A stretch of DNA of 64,000 nucleotides from Albugo candida (Eukaryota), in assembly GCA_040437565.1 (NCBI GenBank), contig JBDOQK010000043.1, positions 186,001 to 250,000 on the forward strand, in the 5' to 3' direction. Below the pieces are notes generated by a model, which saw only the letters and a list, made by a program, of their open reading frames with translations, was not told the DNA's origin and made no database searches. The translations under genes were made by a program, and so were the position numbers. Shown piece after piece: positions 1 through 13,584 of the stretch; the first letter of the stretch is position 1; every line of letters begins with the position of its first letter.

Positions 1-1
1 G

Positions 2-847
2 ATAGTTTCCTTCCAAGGACATGAAAAAAGTATCAATCGTGTCGTACTCGGTTGCAACAGTGTGTACACATGTTCCAGAGATCGTACCATTGCCATGCAT
101 TCTATTTCAGTGCAGACGAAGGATACGGGGGATCTTGGCGGTGAGATACAACCTCTCGAGGTATTTTCTGGCCATTCTCTTAATGTGTCCGGTCTAAGTG
201 TCGACACAATGGAAACAACAATGTGCTCCGGAAGCAGAGACACGGAAATCATACTTTGGGACATCTCAACTACAAAAATTATAGCTAGAAATAAAACGTC
301 ACAAAACGTCGTCACTTGTTGTAAGTACGTTTCCACGGAGCCAGTTGTAGCTCAAACGAGTGAAGATCTTACTATCAGAGTATGGGATACACGGTGCGGA
401 TTGAGAGCGCCGGTGCAAGTGTTGTACGGTTACGTTTACTTTGCGCTGGATCTTGATGTTTCAATGGATTCCTATTATTTCCTTACGTCTAGTAAAGGAT
501 TCAATGGTTTTGGTGCGGAGGTACGTGTATGGGACCGTCGCAATGGAAAAGAGGTGGCAATGCTTTGTGGTCATCAACAAGATGCAACAGCATGCTGCTT
601 TTTGCCCAATCTCAACCTTGAAAAAGTAGAATCTCAATATATCCCGATTTCCGCATCAAAAGATGGAACCGTTCGCATTTGGGACGCTAATAAGAAAGTA
701 GCTGTCGGTACATTTCAAGAGCAAACGGGCGGAATGTTTACTAGTGTATGTGTCGCGAACGGTACGACAGTGTTGGCTAGTACGTTACAAGGACGGATAC
801 GTTCGTATGATTTACCGTCCTCAATGAAGAGCCAAACTGAAATTTAG
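2..847 (+). CDS. WDR31: WD40-repeat protein, WDR31-like (5' end outside window)
   Basis: Frame is open from base 2 (IVSFQGHEKSINRV...). GH...WD repeats; CSGSRD..LWD, NVVTCCKYV..EPVVAQTSEDLTIRVWDTR, SKGFNGFGAEVRVWD and GHQQDATACCFLP parallel the WDR31 family. Confidence 0.8.
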   Translation: MVSFQGHEKSINRVVLGCNSVYTCSRDRTIAMHSISVQTKDTGDLGGEIQPLEVFSGHSLNVSGLSVDTMETTMCSGSRDTEIILWDISTTKIIARNKTSQNVVTCCKYVSTEPVVAQTSEDLTIRVWDTRCGLRAPVQVLYGYVYFALDLDVSMDSYYFLTSSKGFNGFGAEVRVWDRRNGKEVAMLCGHQQDATACCFLPNLNLEKVESQYIPISASKDGTVRIWDANKKVAVGTFQEQTGGMFTSVCVANGTTVLASTLQGRIRSYDLPSSMKSQTEI

Positions 848-1190
848 ATTTTAAGGTTTTTAGTGTTCGTTCTGAAGATACGTGGCGCGATTTGAGGTTA
901 TATTTATTTTCACAAAGTATTTGCAATTTTGTTCCCGCTTACTCGTGAACAGCTTGAGAAATTTCGAGATGGTAATTTATCAATATGGCGTCATCATTTA
1001 TTTTGATTACGTGCGTTTTCTTAGGCAACCGGTCCACTTTCCAACAAAAAGCCCGCACCTTCCGCCGCTGAAGCTGGTTCTGCAGCAAGCNNNNNNNNNN
1101 NNNNNNNNNNNNNNNNNNNNNNNNNNNNNNNNNNNNNNNNNNNNNNNNNNNNNNNNNNNNNNNNNNNNNNNNNNNNNNNNNNNNNNNNNN

Positions 1191-1710
1191 TCATCAACAA
1201 GATGCAACAGCATGCTGCTTTTTGCCCAATCTCAACCTTGAAAAAGTAGAATCTCAATATATCCCGATTTCCGCATCAAAAGATGGAACCGTTCGCATTT
1301 GGGACGCTAATAAGAAAGTAGCTGTCGGTACATTTCAAGAGCAAACGGGCGGAATGTTTACTAGTGTATGTGTCGCGAACGGTACGACAGTGTTGGCTAG
1401 TACGTTACAAGGACGGATACGTTCGTATGATTTACCGTCCTCAATGAAGAGCCAAACTGAAATTTAGATTTTAAGGTTTTTAGTGTTCGTTCTGAAGATA
1501 CGTGGCGCGATTTGAGGTTATATTTATTTTCACAAAGTATTTGCAATTTTGTTCCCGCTTACTCGTGAACAGCTTGAGAAATTTCGAGATGGTAATTTAT
1601 CAATATGGCGTCATCATTTATTTTGATTACGTGCGTTTTCTTAGGCAACCGGTCCACTTTCCAACAAAAAGCCCGCACCTTCCGCCGCTGAAGCTGGTTC
1701 TGCAGCAAGC
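1191..1710. repeat. Direct duplicate of 571-1090 across an N-gap (assembly overlap)
   Basis: Sequence after the gap restarts at TCATCAACAAGATGCAAC (=571) and matches the pre-gap sequence. Confidence 0.95.
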
Positions 1711-1973
1711 GGCTTACGAAAGTAAGCTGAAGTAGTACGATACTCTGACATAATTTATTTATCATTTTCCGTTACAGACGACCTCAAGCGTCCGCAAAGA
1801 ATGCCAATGCAAATACTGGACGAGGTATGGGTGGGAGTAGTGCAGGTATCTTACGGTTCTACACGGACGACTCACCAGGACTTAAAATTGGACCAACAAC
1901 GGTTCTAGTGCTTTGTTTGGTATTTGTGGGGCTCGTGGTTCTTCTCCACGTCTGGGGAAAGTTTAGGGGTTAA
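1589..1973 (+). CDS. SEC61B: Sec61 translocon subunit beta (3 coding exons: 1589-1591, 1645-1721, 1778-1973)
   Basis: Not in the ORF track. Spliced GT-AG model gives MATGPLSNKKPAPS...GLRKRPQ...GILRFYTDDSPGLKIGPTTVLVLCLVFVGLVVLLHVWGKFRG*, the Sec61-beta signature. Confidence 0.95.
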
Positions 1974-2267
1974 AGCAATAGAAAATAATCATGTGCACAC
2001 ACGTATATTTGATTAACTTGCGTTGCTCCGGCATCAACTCAGCAGCCTAGTATACGTTTCCAGAATCTCACGATATAGGCGACTGAAACGTATCCTCTTA
2101 CTTATTCGACACGATTGAAACGTTGCGTATGCCTTGCCGATCTCGACGGCATGCAGTTCGGTGCACGTATACTTTAAAATTGTCTATACCTTTCACACTT
2201 CTACGTCCGAGTCGTGTTCTGCATCGTTAAGTGCGGTCTGAGGAATTAAATTCACCATTCATTCGAG

Positions 2268-2510
2268 ATGAAGCCGCTGTTCGGTAAAGTTGTTTCCAAC
2301 AAAATGCAAAAGTCCGTGCTCGTTGAAGTTGCGCGAATTGTAAAAGATCCAAAGTATGGAAAGTATTACAAGAAAACTAAAAAGTTTATGGCTCATGATG
2401 AAAAGAATGAATGCAACATGGGCGATTCTGTTAAATTATCGCAAACTCGACCATTGAGCAAGCGAAAACACTGGAACGTTGAGGAAATCACCCGAAAGGC
2501 CGAGTTATAA
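2268..2510 (+). CDS. MRPS17: Bacterial-type (mitochondrial) ribosomal protein uS17
   Basis: [14 protein letters not shown]...[28 protein letters not shown]...[10 protein letters not shown]. Confidence 0.92.
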   Translation: MKPLFGKVVSNKMQKSVLVEVARIVKDPKYGKYYKKTKKFMAHDEKNECNMGDSVKLSQTRPLSKRKHWNVEEITRKAEL

Positions 2511-2530
2511 AACACGTCTAATGATCATAA

Positions 2531-3322
2531 TCAACAACCGTCGAAATCATCGTCCTCATCCATAAATTCTGGTGGAAAATCCCCAATCTCGACGTGTTGT
2601 GGCCGAATAAATCCACCACATTTCGGATTACACTCAAAATACACTTTTCCTTTGACCGTACCATTTCCCTTTCCAACAGGCTCATCAAAGTGTACGCCGA
2701 CCCAGTATCCTGGAGCTATCTCTGGTACTTCCCCAAGGTACATTATGCTCCCACGGCGACCCCCAGGCTGTACTTGACATCGATCGTGTACTTTCATGTG
2801 CGTAATACTGTCACTCCCAGGCACTTGGTTGCGCTGCAATTCGATTTTAGACTTCCAATTCGGATCTTTTGCTAGCTGTGCTCGCTTATAAGCACGCACG
2901 GTGTTTTCCCTTTTATTATAAGCATCCTCTGAGATCTCGTACTTTTCAACAAGAGAAGCATTCTCCAATCCTCCCGCTTTGGCTAATGAGAATGGATTTG
3001 TATCAATCACACGTAGATGCATTCCACTGTGCACATTGTAATACCCGAGCATTTTACGATCATCATCGAGTCTTGCAAGGAGGCTATTATTCGAGTCTAA
3101 TAGAAGCAATTGCATGTGTTCCGGTGATGTACCACAATGTGAGTACACTTTGTGTCGCACTTGTTCTATGGTTGCGTGCAAATCCAAGCGAATATCAAGC
3201 ATTTGCATCTTTAACAGATTGTGTGTGATTGTGAGACACACGATCCCTTCCGGTAGATTCTCGTATTCTGTTCCATCTTTTGCTGTAATATAATTCCTGA
3301 GTGCACGCAAGTCGGCGGCCAT
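2531..3322 (-). CDS. TBCB: Tubulin-folding cofactor B (Ubl + CAP-Gly)
   Basis: N-terminal ubiquitin-like domain, VEKYEISEDAYNKRENTVR linker, CAP-Gly WVGVHFDEPVGKGNGTVKG..YF.C..K.G.F. Confidence 0.95.
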   Translation of the reverse strand: MAADLRALRNYITAKDGTEYENLPEGIVCLTITHNLLKMQMLDIRLDLHATIEQVRHKVYSHCGTSPEHMQLLLLDSNNSLLARLDDDRKMLGYYNVHSGMHLRVIDTNPFSLAKAGGLENASLVEKYEISEDAYNKRENTVRAYKRAQLAKDPNWKSKIELQRNQVPGSDSITHMKVHDRCQVQPGGRRGSIMYLGEVPEIAPGYWVGVHFDEPVGKGNGTVKGKVYFECNPKCGGFIRPQHVEIGDFPPEFMDEDDDFDGC

Positions 3323-3364
3323 CGGAAATTTATTATTATTGTGAAGTACGGTGCATCTCTGATT

Positions 3365-3971
3365 ATGCTGACAGAAATTCGATACTATGACGTGTTGCTG
3401 CTCGCGTGTATTGTTTTCATGATGGATTTATTACTGTTTTGTTACAGAAAGAGTTCAACGAGGTTAAGTGGCGAGGAAAAAAAATTGTTTGATCTGTACA
3501 ATCGTCAAATTTGCGTCGTAAACCGTCTTAATTCCGTTGAAACGTTTGTTGAGCAGTCTAAAGCCATACGACGCATGAACGCGATCAAAGTCGAACTTGA
3601 TAAACTCGTTGGTGGGTGAAAGAAAACTTTTATAGTTACGTATCGATTATTAAATTACTTACGTAGAACAAAGGCAGCATAAGGCCGGTGGAAATGTTTA
3701 CGTGCGAAAGTTGGAGCAGTTCCGAACGGTACCGTTTTACATACAGATTCCTTGTGTTGTCGTAATTGACAACTTTTACTCCGTTCAGCCACTCATGTCG
3801 GTTATATGCCTGGGCTTATACTGGGACAATCCTCTGGTATGCTTAAGCCCCGGCTTTCTAATTCCCTTTGAAAGGTTCCTGGCAATTCCTGGATTTTCAG
3901 TTGGTGCGATTTCCGCAGTCGGGTGGTTAAGTGTGTGCCGTCGAGTAAGTATGAAACTATTCGGAACATAA
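3365..3971 (+). CDS. GET1/WRB-like ER tail-anchored protein insertase subunit (2 introns)
   Basis: TM helix, then coiled coil with NSVETFVEQSKAIRRMNAIKVELDKL (WRB-like), then two TM-like segments ending GAISAVGWLSVCRRV. Introns at ~3612-3666 and ~3729-3788. Confidence 0.7.
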
Positions 3972-4036
3972 CAGAAATGATGTGAAATTTGGCTTGTTCA
4001 AAAGGATTCCGTGCTATCGATTACAATCTCTAGCAG

Positions 4037-4378
4037 CTAATAATCGTCATCATCGCCAAACATATCGAGACCACCGACATCGACTTCGTCTGCGGCTTCT
4101 TCGACTGATTCTTTGACTTCTGCTGCAGCACCCTGATCATTCGAAGCTTTTGCACCTGATCCTCCAGAAGATCCTCCTATGGAAATTCCGGAAAGCTTTT
4201 CCTTTCCGCTTTTCATCATCTCTTCTACATCTTTTCCTTCCATGTCTTTTAATAAACGCTCGACTTGATCCGAGTCTACTGTGCCTCCAAATGAGCTGAT
4301 GACCTTTTCAATATCGGAGCTACTAGGGGAGTCATTTCCTCCGAGTACACATAATAAGTAGGCAGCAATATGACGCAT
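4037..4378 (-). CDS. RPLP2: 60S acidic ribosomal protein P2
   Basis: MRHIAAYLLCVLGGN.SPS..DI, flexible hinge, acidic tail. A probable 5'UTR intron ends immediately before the ATG. Confidence 0.92.
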   Translation of the reverse strand: MRHIAAYLLCVLGGNDSPSSSDIEKVISSFGGTVDSDQVERLLKDMEGKDVEEMMKSGKEKLSGISIGGSSGGSGAKASNDQGAAAEVKESVEEAADEVDVGGLDMFGDDDDY

Positions 4379-4581
4379 CTACACAGCGACATTAGCCATA
4401 TGAATTGCAAGAAGAATCAATGGATTTGCCTACCGGGACTTCTTTCGTACGGAGCCAATAAATTCTAACCTTCACTTGCCATAACGGTTATGATATACAT
4501 TTCTGCGTGTATACGGTACTATTTGGCATCATGCTGTTCTTTATGCCCAATCATGTAGCGTCTGATTCAGCCAATCAAGCA

Positions 4582-6529
4582 TCACCGTTTTCGTCCTGAC
4601 GAACGATCCGAATCGCTGAGCTGAATTTCTTCGAGTGTTTCTTCGTCTGCTGGCTCAGGCTCAGTACGACCCCGATTAGTGACATCCTTGACTTCATTTT
4701 GTATAGTGGTAGCTTCCTCCCGCGACGATGCGTCATTGCCGCTTTTTTGTGCTTCCTTTTCACAGATACTGGACTGTGTTACTCTTGTGTGCGTCATGTG
4801 AGCTTTTCCATCCGCTCCGTTATTTTCATCAAATTGTTCCGTCTGTAATTTTGGCACTTCTTTAACAACTAAAATACCGCTTCTCTTTACTGTGTTTGAT
4901 GATACACTCTCGCTCGGTTTTGGGATACTCCCTCCCTTACAAGAAGAAGGTGGAATCACCAGACAAAAACCGGGTCTTTTTGTTTCAAAGCAATTTCCAC
5001 TCGTGAGGCAACCAGGCGAGGCACCTTTTCTTGAGGGGTTCTCTGACCAGGCGGCACAACTCACTTTCTTCGATCGAATCGACTTTTTCAGGTTTTTAAC
5101 ACTTGTGCGATTACGAAACGTAAACATTGGAAATGTGAGAATTTTTGCGCATAACCCTTCGTCTCCGTGCTCCAAGACGAAATCGTACGTACCTGAGCCA
5201 ATACAAATCAAGTACGTGTGAAAAGCCGCGAGTAANNNNNNNNNNNNNNNNNNNNNNNNNNNNNNNNNNNNNNNNNNNNNNNNNNNNNNNNNNNNNNNNN
5301 NNNNNNNNNNNNNNNNNNNNNNNNNNNNNNNNNNNTTTTTGTTTCAAAGCAATTTCCACTCGTGAGGCAACCAGGCGAGGCACCTTTTCTTGAGGGGTTC
5401 TCTGACCAGGCGGCACAACTCACTTTCTTCGATCGAATCGACTTTTTCAGGTTTTTAACACTTGTGCGATTACGAAACGTAAACATTGGAAATGTGAGAA
5501 TTTTTGCGCATAACCCTTCGTCTCCGTGCTCCAAGACGAAATCGTACGTACCTGAGCCAATACAAATCAAGTACGTGTGAAAAGCCGCGAGTAAAAAGAA
5601 GGCGCATCCTATGGTAAAACACGCGATATTGTGACACCAAATGAAGCCTTTGATGACAGGAATCCAGTCTGCATGCACGTGTGATTGAATGTCAGTGCTG
5701 AACCAAATTGTGCCCAAACAAATACCAAGTGTCAATTGGTAGAGACAATGAAGTGTTTCCATACAAACGAGAAGATAAAAAGCCTCATAATTAGTGGCCG
5801 CAATACACGTATTGAGCCAAGTACAATGATGATCCAATCCGTCGCTACTTTTATTACATACCATACAGTACCGGGCCACTTTCTTTGGTATGGGTAGTGT
5901 GCTCCATTGTTTTTTCTGTTCAAGCTACAAAAAACCTTTCACTTCGATACCGTACCTAAGCGGGGGATTCAAACGTACCAAACCAGCTGGATCTCGCTTT
6001 TCGCAAGTATACCAAGCAATAATAATTACAAGTATAATGAACACATTCGGTAATAGTATACCAAGACACTGAAAAGAAAGTGAGTAAGTACGTTTTTACT
6101 TCCGAACGTTTACCTTTTCTTTCGATGTGCATTTGCATACAAACGCGACGAACGTCTTGATACGAATGTTATTTATCATGTATCGGCACATTTATAAAAG
6201 GACATACAATCATACGAAGCGGTTCGACTATCCAACCGAGCAATTGATCACGAGAAATTGGCAGCTGGAATCCATTNNNNNNNNNNNNNNNNNNNNNNNN
6301 NNNNNNNNNNNNNNNNNNNNNNNNNNNNNNNNNNNNNNNNNNNNNNNNNNNNNNNNNNNNNNNNNNNNNNNNNNNNGCGACGAACGTCTTGATACGAATG
6401 TTATTTATCATGTATCGGCACATTTATAAAAGGACATACAATCATACGAAGCGGTTCGACTATCCAACCGAGCAATTGATCACGAGAAATTGGCAGCTGG
6501 AATCCATTCACTCGAATTGGAGCTTTCAT
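4582..6529 (-). CDS. DHHC palmitoyltransferase (multi-exon; inflated by two gap-flanking duplications)
   Basis: Start MKAPIRVNGFQLP (ZDHHC1/11-like N-terminus); C..C.K...GLDHHCTWLNTCI...NY..F; TM helices; TYDF motif. Confidence 0.9.
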
Positions 6530-6957
6530 GAGCAATTGAATGAGCGAGGGCAGTTGTAATAAGGAAATACACTGGATTAAAACGAAGGTTATATTTATAG
6601 CGATCGTTTCTCAATATAAAAATTCTTTTCGGTCGGTTGCGAAGAATTCTGTGCTTTGAGGCTTTGTCGTGTCACGTCAAAAACAGTTGTCCAGTTTTCT
6701 AATACTTTTGACGCCACTATTCAGATAAATATGAGAAATTGCCCGTTTTAAGTGCTTTATCGCATAATTGTGTAAACATACTCTCTGCCTGCTCATTCAT
6801 CAAATCTAATTTTGTGCTGATTCCTTCCAAAAAGCCTATTAGTTCCACTGAAGAATCTCGGAGCGCTTCCAATGCGACGACTTCATGCTCCATACTCTGA
6901 TTGGCTTATATTCTAACCAATCAGCACGACGGCGTAGCGCTCATGTGTCAATACAAA

Positions 6958-8056
6958 ATGAGCGAAACGGGTGGCAGTAACTTTGGATGCAAACGAAAGG
7001 CTGAGGATGCCGAAAATGAAGTAGGAAGCGGTCTTGTCATAGTACCATGCACTATTTGTGGAATAAGTGATGTGAAGTATCGATGTCCGCGCTGTGAACG
7101 TGCCACATGCGGTCTTGATTGTTGTCTCGAGCACAAGAAACGGGTCCTGCACGTTGTTGACTTATGAGCGAATCAAACTGATGTTTTAGTTGTGCAGTTT
7201 GAATGCGATGGAAAACGCGACCGGACCAAATTTATAAATTTGAAATCGTTCAATGATTCGGACCTGACGAGTGGTGAGAACGAGTCAATGTTGTATGCTT
7301 TCCTTGCGAATTCTTATTGTGTAGATTATTTCTTTCTTGAGGAGGTCGGCCGTTCGTCTCGTAATGCTTCCCGAATGAATTCGGCTTTAAGGCTGGACTC
7401 TACTCGAGCTTCCAAACGAAAAAAATCAAAGCTCGGTCTTCTGAAGCGCTCTCGTACGGGTGCTTCCATGGTAAATCCACATGTGGGACCGGATTGGGTG
7501 GAGAAATTCCCTGTTGCGACGCAGCTACTGGTCAAACAAGCTGAGGAACGGGATGTATCACTTACGATTTTAGCCGCCGGAATGACGAAACATAAGCAAA
7601 ACACATCCTTCTTTAATGTGCGAAGCGCCACGCTATATTGGCGTATCGAATGGACTTTTGCGTTGTCTCAAATCGGTCCACTGACAATTGTGGATGAACG
7701 CGTATCAGAGACCAAGACACTTTTAGACTTGTTGCAGCCTCGAATTACAAAAACCGTGGTATGGCTTGGCTCCTTTCCTTTCAATAGCCCGATCTCACGT
7801 TCATTTTTAGGAAAACGTAAAATTGTGTGCGCAATTAAGGCCGTACATTTCCACCAACTGGAAGTCTGATGTGGTTGTATTGCTCCGTAAAGAATTCACA
7901 CCTGGTACGCCACAGTACCACCGACTTGTTCTCGATAAGTCACTTGCGGAAAACTTTCGGCAGAAGAAGATTATTGAATATCCAGTTCTCATTGTCACTT
8001 TAGTGTCTGAAATCGATCGATACCAAATAGCGCATGATTTAGTGGAAGCGATATAA
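6958..8056 (+). CDS. ZNHIT6: Box C/D snoRNP assembly factor BCD1/ZNHIT6 (HIT zinc finger, introns)
   Basis: CTICG...KYRCPRC..ATCGLDCCLEHKK..ECDGKRDRTKF, DYFFLEEV, GMTKHKQNTSF, LYWRIEWTF, IIEYPVLIV. Confidence 0.9.
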
Positions 8057-8169
8057 AATCAGGATCGTAGTTGTAAATAATGTACCAATGAGCATATAGA
8101 GCGAAGCACCATTCCAACTTAACAGTAGTCATAGAGTTATATAACTATACCGTTAAAACAGCATTTCAA

Positions 8170-8969
8170 ATGTGGTCGCTAACTGCTCTGCGTCGCGCAC
8201 TGCCACCAGTTCGATCCATTACCAGCGAATTTTACGCAAGTAGTCGGCAAGTCACCAATCTATCAGCAGACGTGGTACGTCTGAACAATTTGGCAGACAA
8301 TGAAGGATCACACAAACGCAGTAAACGCCTTGGAAGAGGTATTGGTTCAGGAAAAGGTAAAACTTGTGGTCGCGGTCACAAAGGTCAGAAATCACGATCG
8401 GGTGGGAAAGCTGGTCGAGGTCCCGGTTTTGAAGGAGGTCAAACTCCCATTTACCAACGTGTACCAAAACGTGGGTTCAATAACCGATTCGCGACACCAA
8501 TGACAGTAATCAATCTCGATAAATTACAGCTATTCATTGATATGGGTCGAATCGACGCCAACAAAAAAATTACATTAAAGGAGCTTGTGAGTTGTGGAAT
8601 GGTTACATGTTCCAAGATAAAGTATGGAGTCAAATTGCTTGGCAAAGTACGTTCTTGACCGTACCATTACCTTTATAATCTAATGTGTGTGATCAGGGCG
8701 CAGAGCACTTGACAACACCCGTGGAAATTGAAGTCACACAAGCCTCGACATGCGCTATCGATGCAATTGAAGCTGTTGGTGGGAGTATCACTGCCGTGTA
8801 TTACAACCGACTTGGATTACGCGCTCTATTGAAGCCTCATAAGTTCGAAACCCTCCCTCGATTCGCTCGACCAAACCCCAAAAAGATGCGATATTATACA
8901 AATTATGAAAAAAGAGGATATTTGTCTCCGGAAATGCAAGCAAGAAAACTGGTTTCAGCATCAGAATAG
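8170..8969 (+). CDS. MRPL15: Mitochondrial ribosomal protein uL15 (intron ~8647-8696)
   Basis: Presequence-like N-terminus; [46 protein letters not shown]. Confidence 0.93.
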
Positions 8970-9148
8970 CGTAGTAACGAAAGAAAGAAACATTATTATA
9001 TCTCACAATATATCAAATTACGTGAGATACGAAAATGTGGCAATAAACAATATAAAACACAAACAAAACTCACCGTTTACTGCTTCTTTCATCACTAAGT
9101 ACGTTATTCTTCCATCACACGGTTCTGTATAAATTCTCGGGATCGCAA

Positions 9149-12100
9149 ATGTTTCGACCACGAAAGCACAATGCATCCACCCGTTCAGATGCAGACACGT
9201 CTTCTCCCTCTGACTCTATCGACCAGATACGCGACTCTACTGGCTACAAACGTCCTCGCCTGCTACACAACGCAATCGACCGACCGTATCCCATTGACAA
9301 GAACGCATTCTTCCAAGCAGATCGANNNNNNNNNNNNNNNNNNNNNNNNNNNNNNNNNNNNNNNNNNNNNNNNNNNNNNNNNNNNNNNNNNNNNNNNNNN
9401 NNNNNNNNNNNNNNNNNNNNNNNNNCCACGAAAGCACAATGCATCCACCCGTTCAGATGCAGACACGTCTTCTCCCTCTGACTCTATCGACCAGATACGC
9501 GACTCTACTGGCTACAAACGTCCTCGCCTGCTACACAACGCAATCGACCGACCGTATCCCATTGACAAGAACGCATTCTTCCAAGCAGATCGACCAAATT
9601 CTCATAGTCGAGTATTAACGTCCGTAACACTGCAAAATGACCAGTGGTCTATCGCTACGCTAAAACCGACTACAAATACCACCAGAATTACCGATTTTTT
9701 AAGCAAATGCAAACAAGAAAACGATCTCTCAACCATTTCAATTAACAAAACCATTCGCAGTTGCAAACGTATCGGCTCCAAATCTTCTGAAGATAACACG
9801 TTTTATTACATATTTCCACTGAAACAATATCTCGTCGTATGGAAAATTGTATTCCCTTCAAAGTTACAAAACGACTGCGAATATCAAGAGCGAATTTATA
9901 TGCTCACGTACCCAAACACCATACAGCCACTTGATATATTTCATCCTTTTGTGCTTCAAAATGACCGTACTACATCATCGCTATTACTTGTCCAGCCAAA
10001 TGGACAGATTTTATATTGGGACGATTTTGAGACTTTGACAACAATCTCGCAAATGATTGAAATTCCATTGGAAACGAACGAACGTATCACAACGGATACA
10101 CGAAATACGTCCGTGATACATAACACCACAATCAAAGACGAGCGTCGAATAGACGCGAATAGAAGCATTTTCTGTTGGAGTAACATGGGGAAATTGTATC
10201 AAGTGTCTGTGTCCGAAGGCTTTGTTTTCTTTCGACTTTTTGAAGAAAATTCCAAAAGTGTTTTAAAAACGCTCACAAAATCTGTCAGTCGACTTTTTTC
10301 TACTGGAAATTGTATACAAAACTCTATACAATCCGTTTGTCTTTCGGAGCCGTTCCTACAGTCAGAAAATAGCGATAGTGACTCAAATTGTCGAATTTTG
10401 CTTTTGTATCGGAATGGAATTCTGCAATGTCGCGTATTCGACCGATTCGATCGATTGAATAATACGATGGAAATGGAGTGGGAATTTGATCTCTTACGCT
10501 TTGGAAATTTTTATTTCACTGAGAACCACTCGAAAATGCTTCTTGAAAGCATTCACATTCCAGCGATTCCGTTCTATCAATCGGAGTCCTTCACTGTGAT
10601 GCTCGCGTTTGTGTGCTCTATGGGTGAGAAAATATCAAAGCAAATGCGATACGCACTTTTCCAGTTTGAAATTGGGTCTCTAACACATCGAAAGTTTAAA
10701 GAGCCTATTTGGTCGTATACTTTTCAGTACGCTCCACCGATCGAAAGTGCCACCGATTTGGAACAGCTCTTAGCGATTGAGATTCAAAGTATCTCAACAC
10801 ACTCAATGTACGCTGTATGGACGCAGAATAATCCTGTTCATATTGAAGCAGTCTCCGTATCTCGCAGTCATTTCGTGGAATCAAATTCTATAGCACTAGA
10901 GACCCGAACGGATGAGGATGTTGCATACAATCTTTTACTGGAGAAACGATCTTCTACTCACACGCGAGGATCCGTTCTCCGCGTAGCGATTGACACTTCT
11001 CCCAACATTCCAACGACGCATTTCAGTGTCATAACTGCAGCCAAATTTGATCCTTTGCCTCCGATCGATAGTGAAAATCCATGCGAAATGGACGTGAAAA
11101 ACGCAAACGTATTCGCACTCGATAGCAATGCAAATGTGAAGGAATACGTCAAACAATTGGAAAATGTCTTTTTCGCCGATGAAAACGTATTTGTTCGCGT
11201 GTCTGAGAAGGATGTAGACAAAGCTGCACACGCAGCGATTGCGATCCATTTTCAGATTCTAAACGCAAATCCGTCTTCCGGAGTCCGATGGAGCAGTACT
11301 TCGTCTTCAGTGTCGCCGTCAAAAGCTCTTGCGAGCAGTGAAATGTATGCTCTTACTCCAAAACTCATTCGATATCAATTGGAAGAGAAAAGCAAACGAG
11401 TTGAAACATTCACAGTCTTTTTACAACATCAATGTCAAGCGATTTGGAACTATATCACGCGTTCCAAAGAGCTTATGGAGCACTTTACATCAGATCGTGC
11501 GAAATTACATGCGGCTTTAGCACTGTGCAAATTCCAGGCTTCCATGAATGAATCGCAAAATCGTGTGTTATTTTCGGCGATCAAGCGCACAGTATGGAAG
11601 CGCGGATACGACGAGGAGGAGCTGCGTGTATCGGGATACAATGCATTTGATATGTTTTACTGTGAAGTGAGTCGTATTGTGGAGCTATTCGACGCTCTTC
11701 TCATTGAAATCAGCCGAGAATTCCATCATAACGCTTTGGACGGACACGAGCTCGAAAAAGTGCTTACGGAAGCGAATAGCAGTGCGATCTGCTTGTTACA
11801 AGGCTTAACATCGTCGTCGTTCTCATCGACCACAATTGTGAGAAATTCGATCATCACAGAGCACATACGACAAGCGCTTTTGGATCAAATCGCGTTATCT
11901 GCTTCCGTATTCATTCCCACGCATATGCAAAGTGTGAAAGCGGCTCCACGCGTTCATGTAACGCCGAGCGATATTTTCAAACTTGCCACTCAGATTCAGA
12001 AATTGGGAGGCTTTTTAATGGATTCTGCTGCGTGTCCATCGGATAGTGACGCTGTGAAAAAGCTGATTTTGAATCCGCTTATTTATGTGGCGACATTGCT

Positions 12101-13374
12101 GGGAACAGAATCGACTGTAAGCTTTCCAGACGAAAGCGATTGGAAAGAATCACAAGCCAACGTATTTCGAGAGTGCGTAAAGCTTTGTGAAAAATATCAG
12201 TATTTCGAAGGTATGATATTTCTGTTCACAATGGAAAATGATGAAAAATGGACCGATATCGATACTGTGCTTTGCGTATCGAATGACTGCAGTCAATCGT
12301 TCGATCGAATCGTAACGTATTGCCACGAAATCCCAACTTTTTCATCGTTTTTATATCAATGGATTGCTGGAAATGTAGTGAATCCATGGATACCTTCCAC
12401 AGAGAAGGATGCCACCAAATTGGGTCACGAGCAAGCGAAAAGAACACATACGCTCCTTTTGTTCCTAATATCGTCTCCCGATCGATGCACGTCCGAATTG
12501 CATGAAACTTTGCTGGAAAATGATAAGCTTCAAAAGTATGCGTGGATGACGGCTGTGTCTCTGAAGGATTTCGGTCAGGCTGCAGCATTGACATTTGAAC
12601 AAGCCAAAAAGGAGACTGTCAATGTCTCACACCGCAAAACACTTTGCAGCATTTCCAAAATAGCGATGCGTGCAGAAAAGTATGACGATGCAAATCTACA
12701 GGAGATACAGCGTGAGGTAAGGAATTGGGCGATTGCATTGAATTCGACGCTGATTTCTGTGCGTAGTTGACTCGGAATCGTATGCAGGAAATTTTATTGC
12801 AACTTCCCGTAACGATAAGAGATTTCACCGCTGATCGTCCACAATCGTTTCCAGAGCTGATTCAAGCTTCGATGGATGCACTTGGTGAGATGGAATGTAG
12901 TGATCCTCTTCGGTACGTGTGCATGAAGCGCTGAGGTTGTAGGCTTTATACTGAAGGATGTATGCTAGTTCGAGTGTGGTATTGATGTGCTTGGAAGCGC
13001 TCGAGTGTGTGTTTGAGGATCCGACGCTGTCAGAAATCGATCCAGAAGAGCTGTATCGACGTGTGTGGCGATGGTGTTTGCTTCAAGACGATGAGAAATG
13101 GAAGGCGCTCTCTGATTGCTGGGAAAATGGCGTCAATGAACAACAGCTTGAAAGCGGAATGTGCGAGACATTAATGTACTCGGTAATGAGTCGATATGGC
13201 GACAAAAAGGCTTCTACAAGCAATGGAGCGCTGACGATGAACGCAATTGATGACATTGTGCCGTACGGACCGGATTCTCAATCGATTTGTAGCCGTCCAT
13301 CGTGTCACATTATAATGAAAACATTGAATTTGGCCATTGCTGCGGGATCTCGAAAAGACCCGACGGCGGTCTAA
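9149..13374 (+). CDS. NUP133: Nuclear pore protein Nup133-like (introns near 12717-12766 and 12913-12968; N-terminal gap duplication)
   Basis: About 1300 aa. Beta-propeller-like N-half, then LIRYQLEEK, DMFYCEVSRI, CEKYQYFEGMI, KYAWMTAV...A..L...A..ET..VSHRKTLCSISKIA and WRWCLLQDD, matching the Nup133 helical domain. Confidence 0.8.
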
Positions 13375-13584
13375 AGGAATGAATAGTATATTTGCGAATT
13401 TGAATACGTATTCTTTATCTCAAATCTCCGCCAGTTGTGCTTATTGGAGTGCTTGGAGCACTCAATGACATTTGACATCCGTTTCATTGTTGATTTGATA
13501 GAGAAATTGGCTCTCCAATGACTCATGCTTTACTTGCAAATGGACGAATGACCACTGAGATTCTTATTCACGTAGAAGCCGTCC

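Noticed and set aside
2040-2260. Small hairpin and CTGA motif suggesting a snoRNA between SEC61B and uS17
   Set aside because: No convincing box C or terminal stem; compatible with promoter/UTR sequence.
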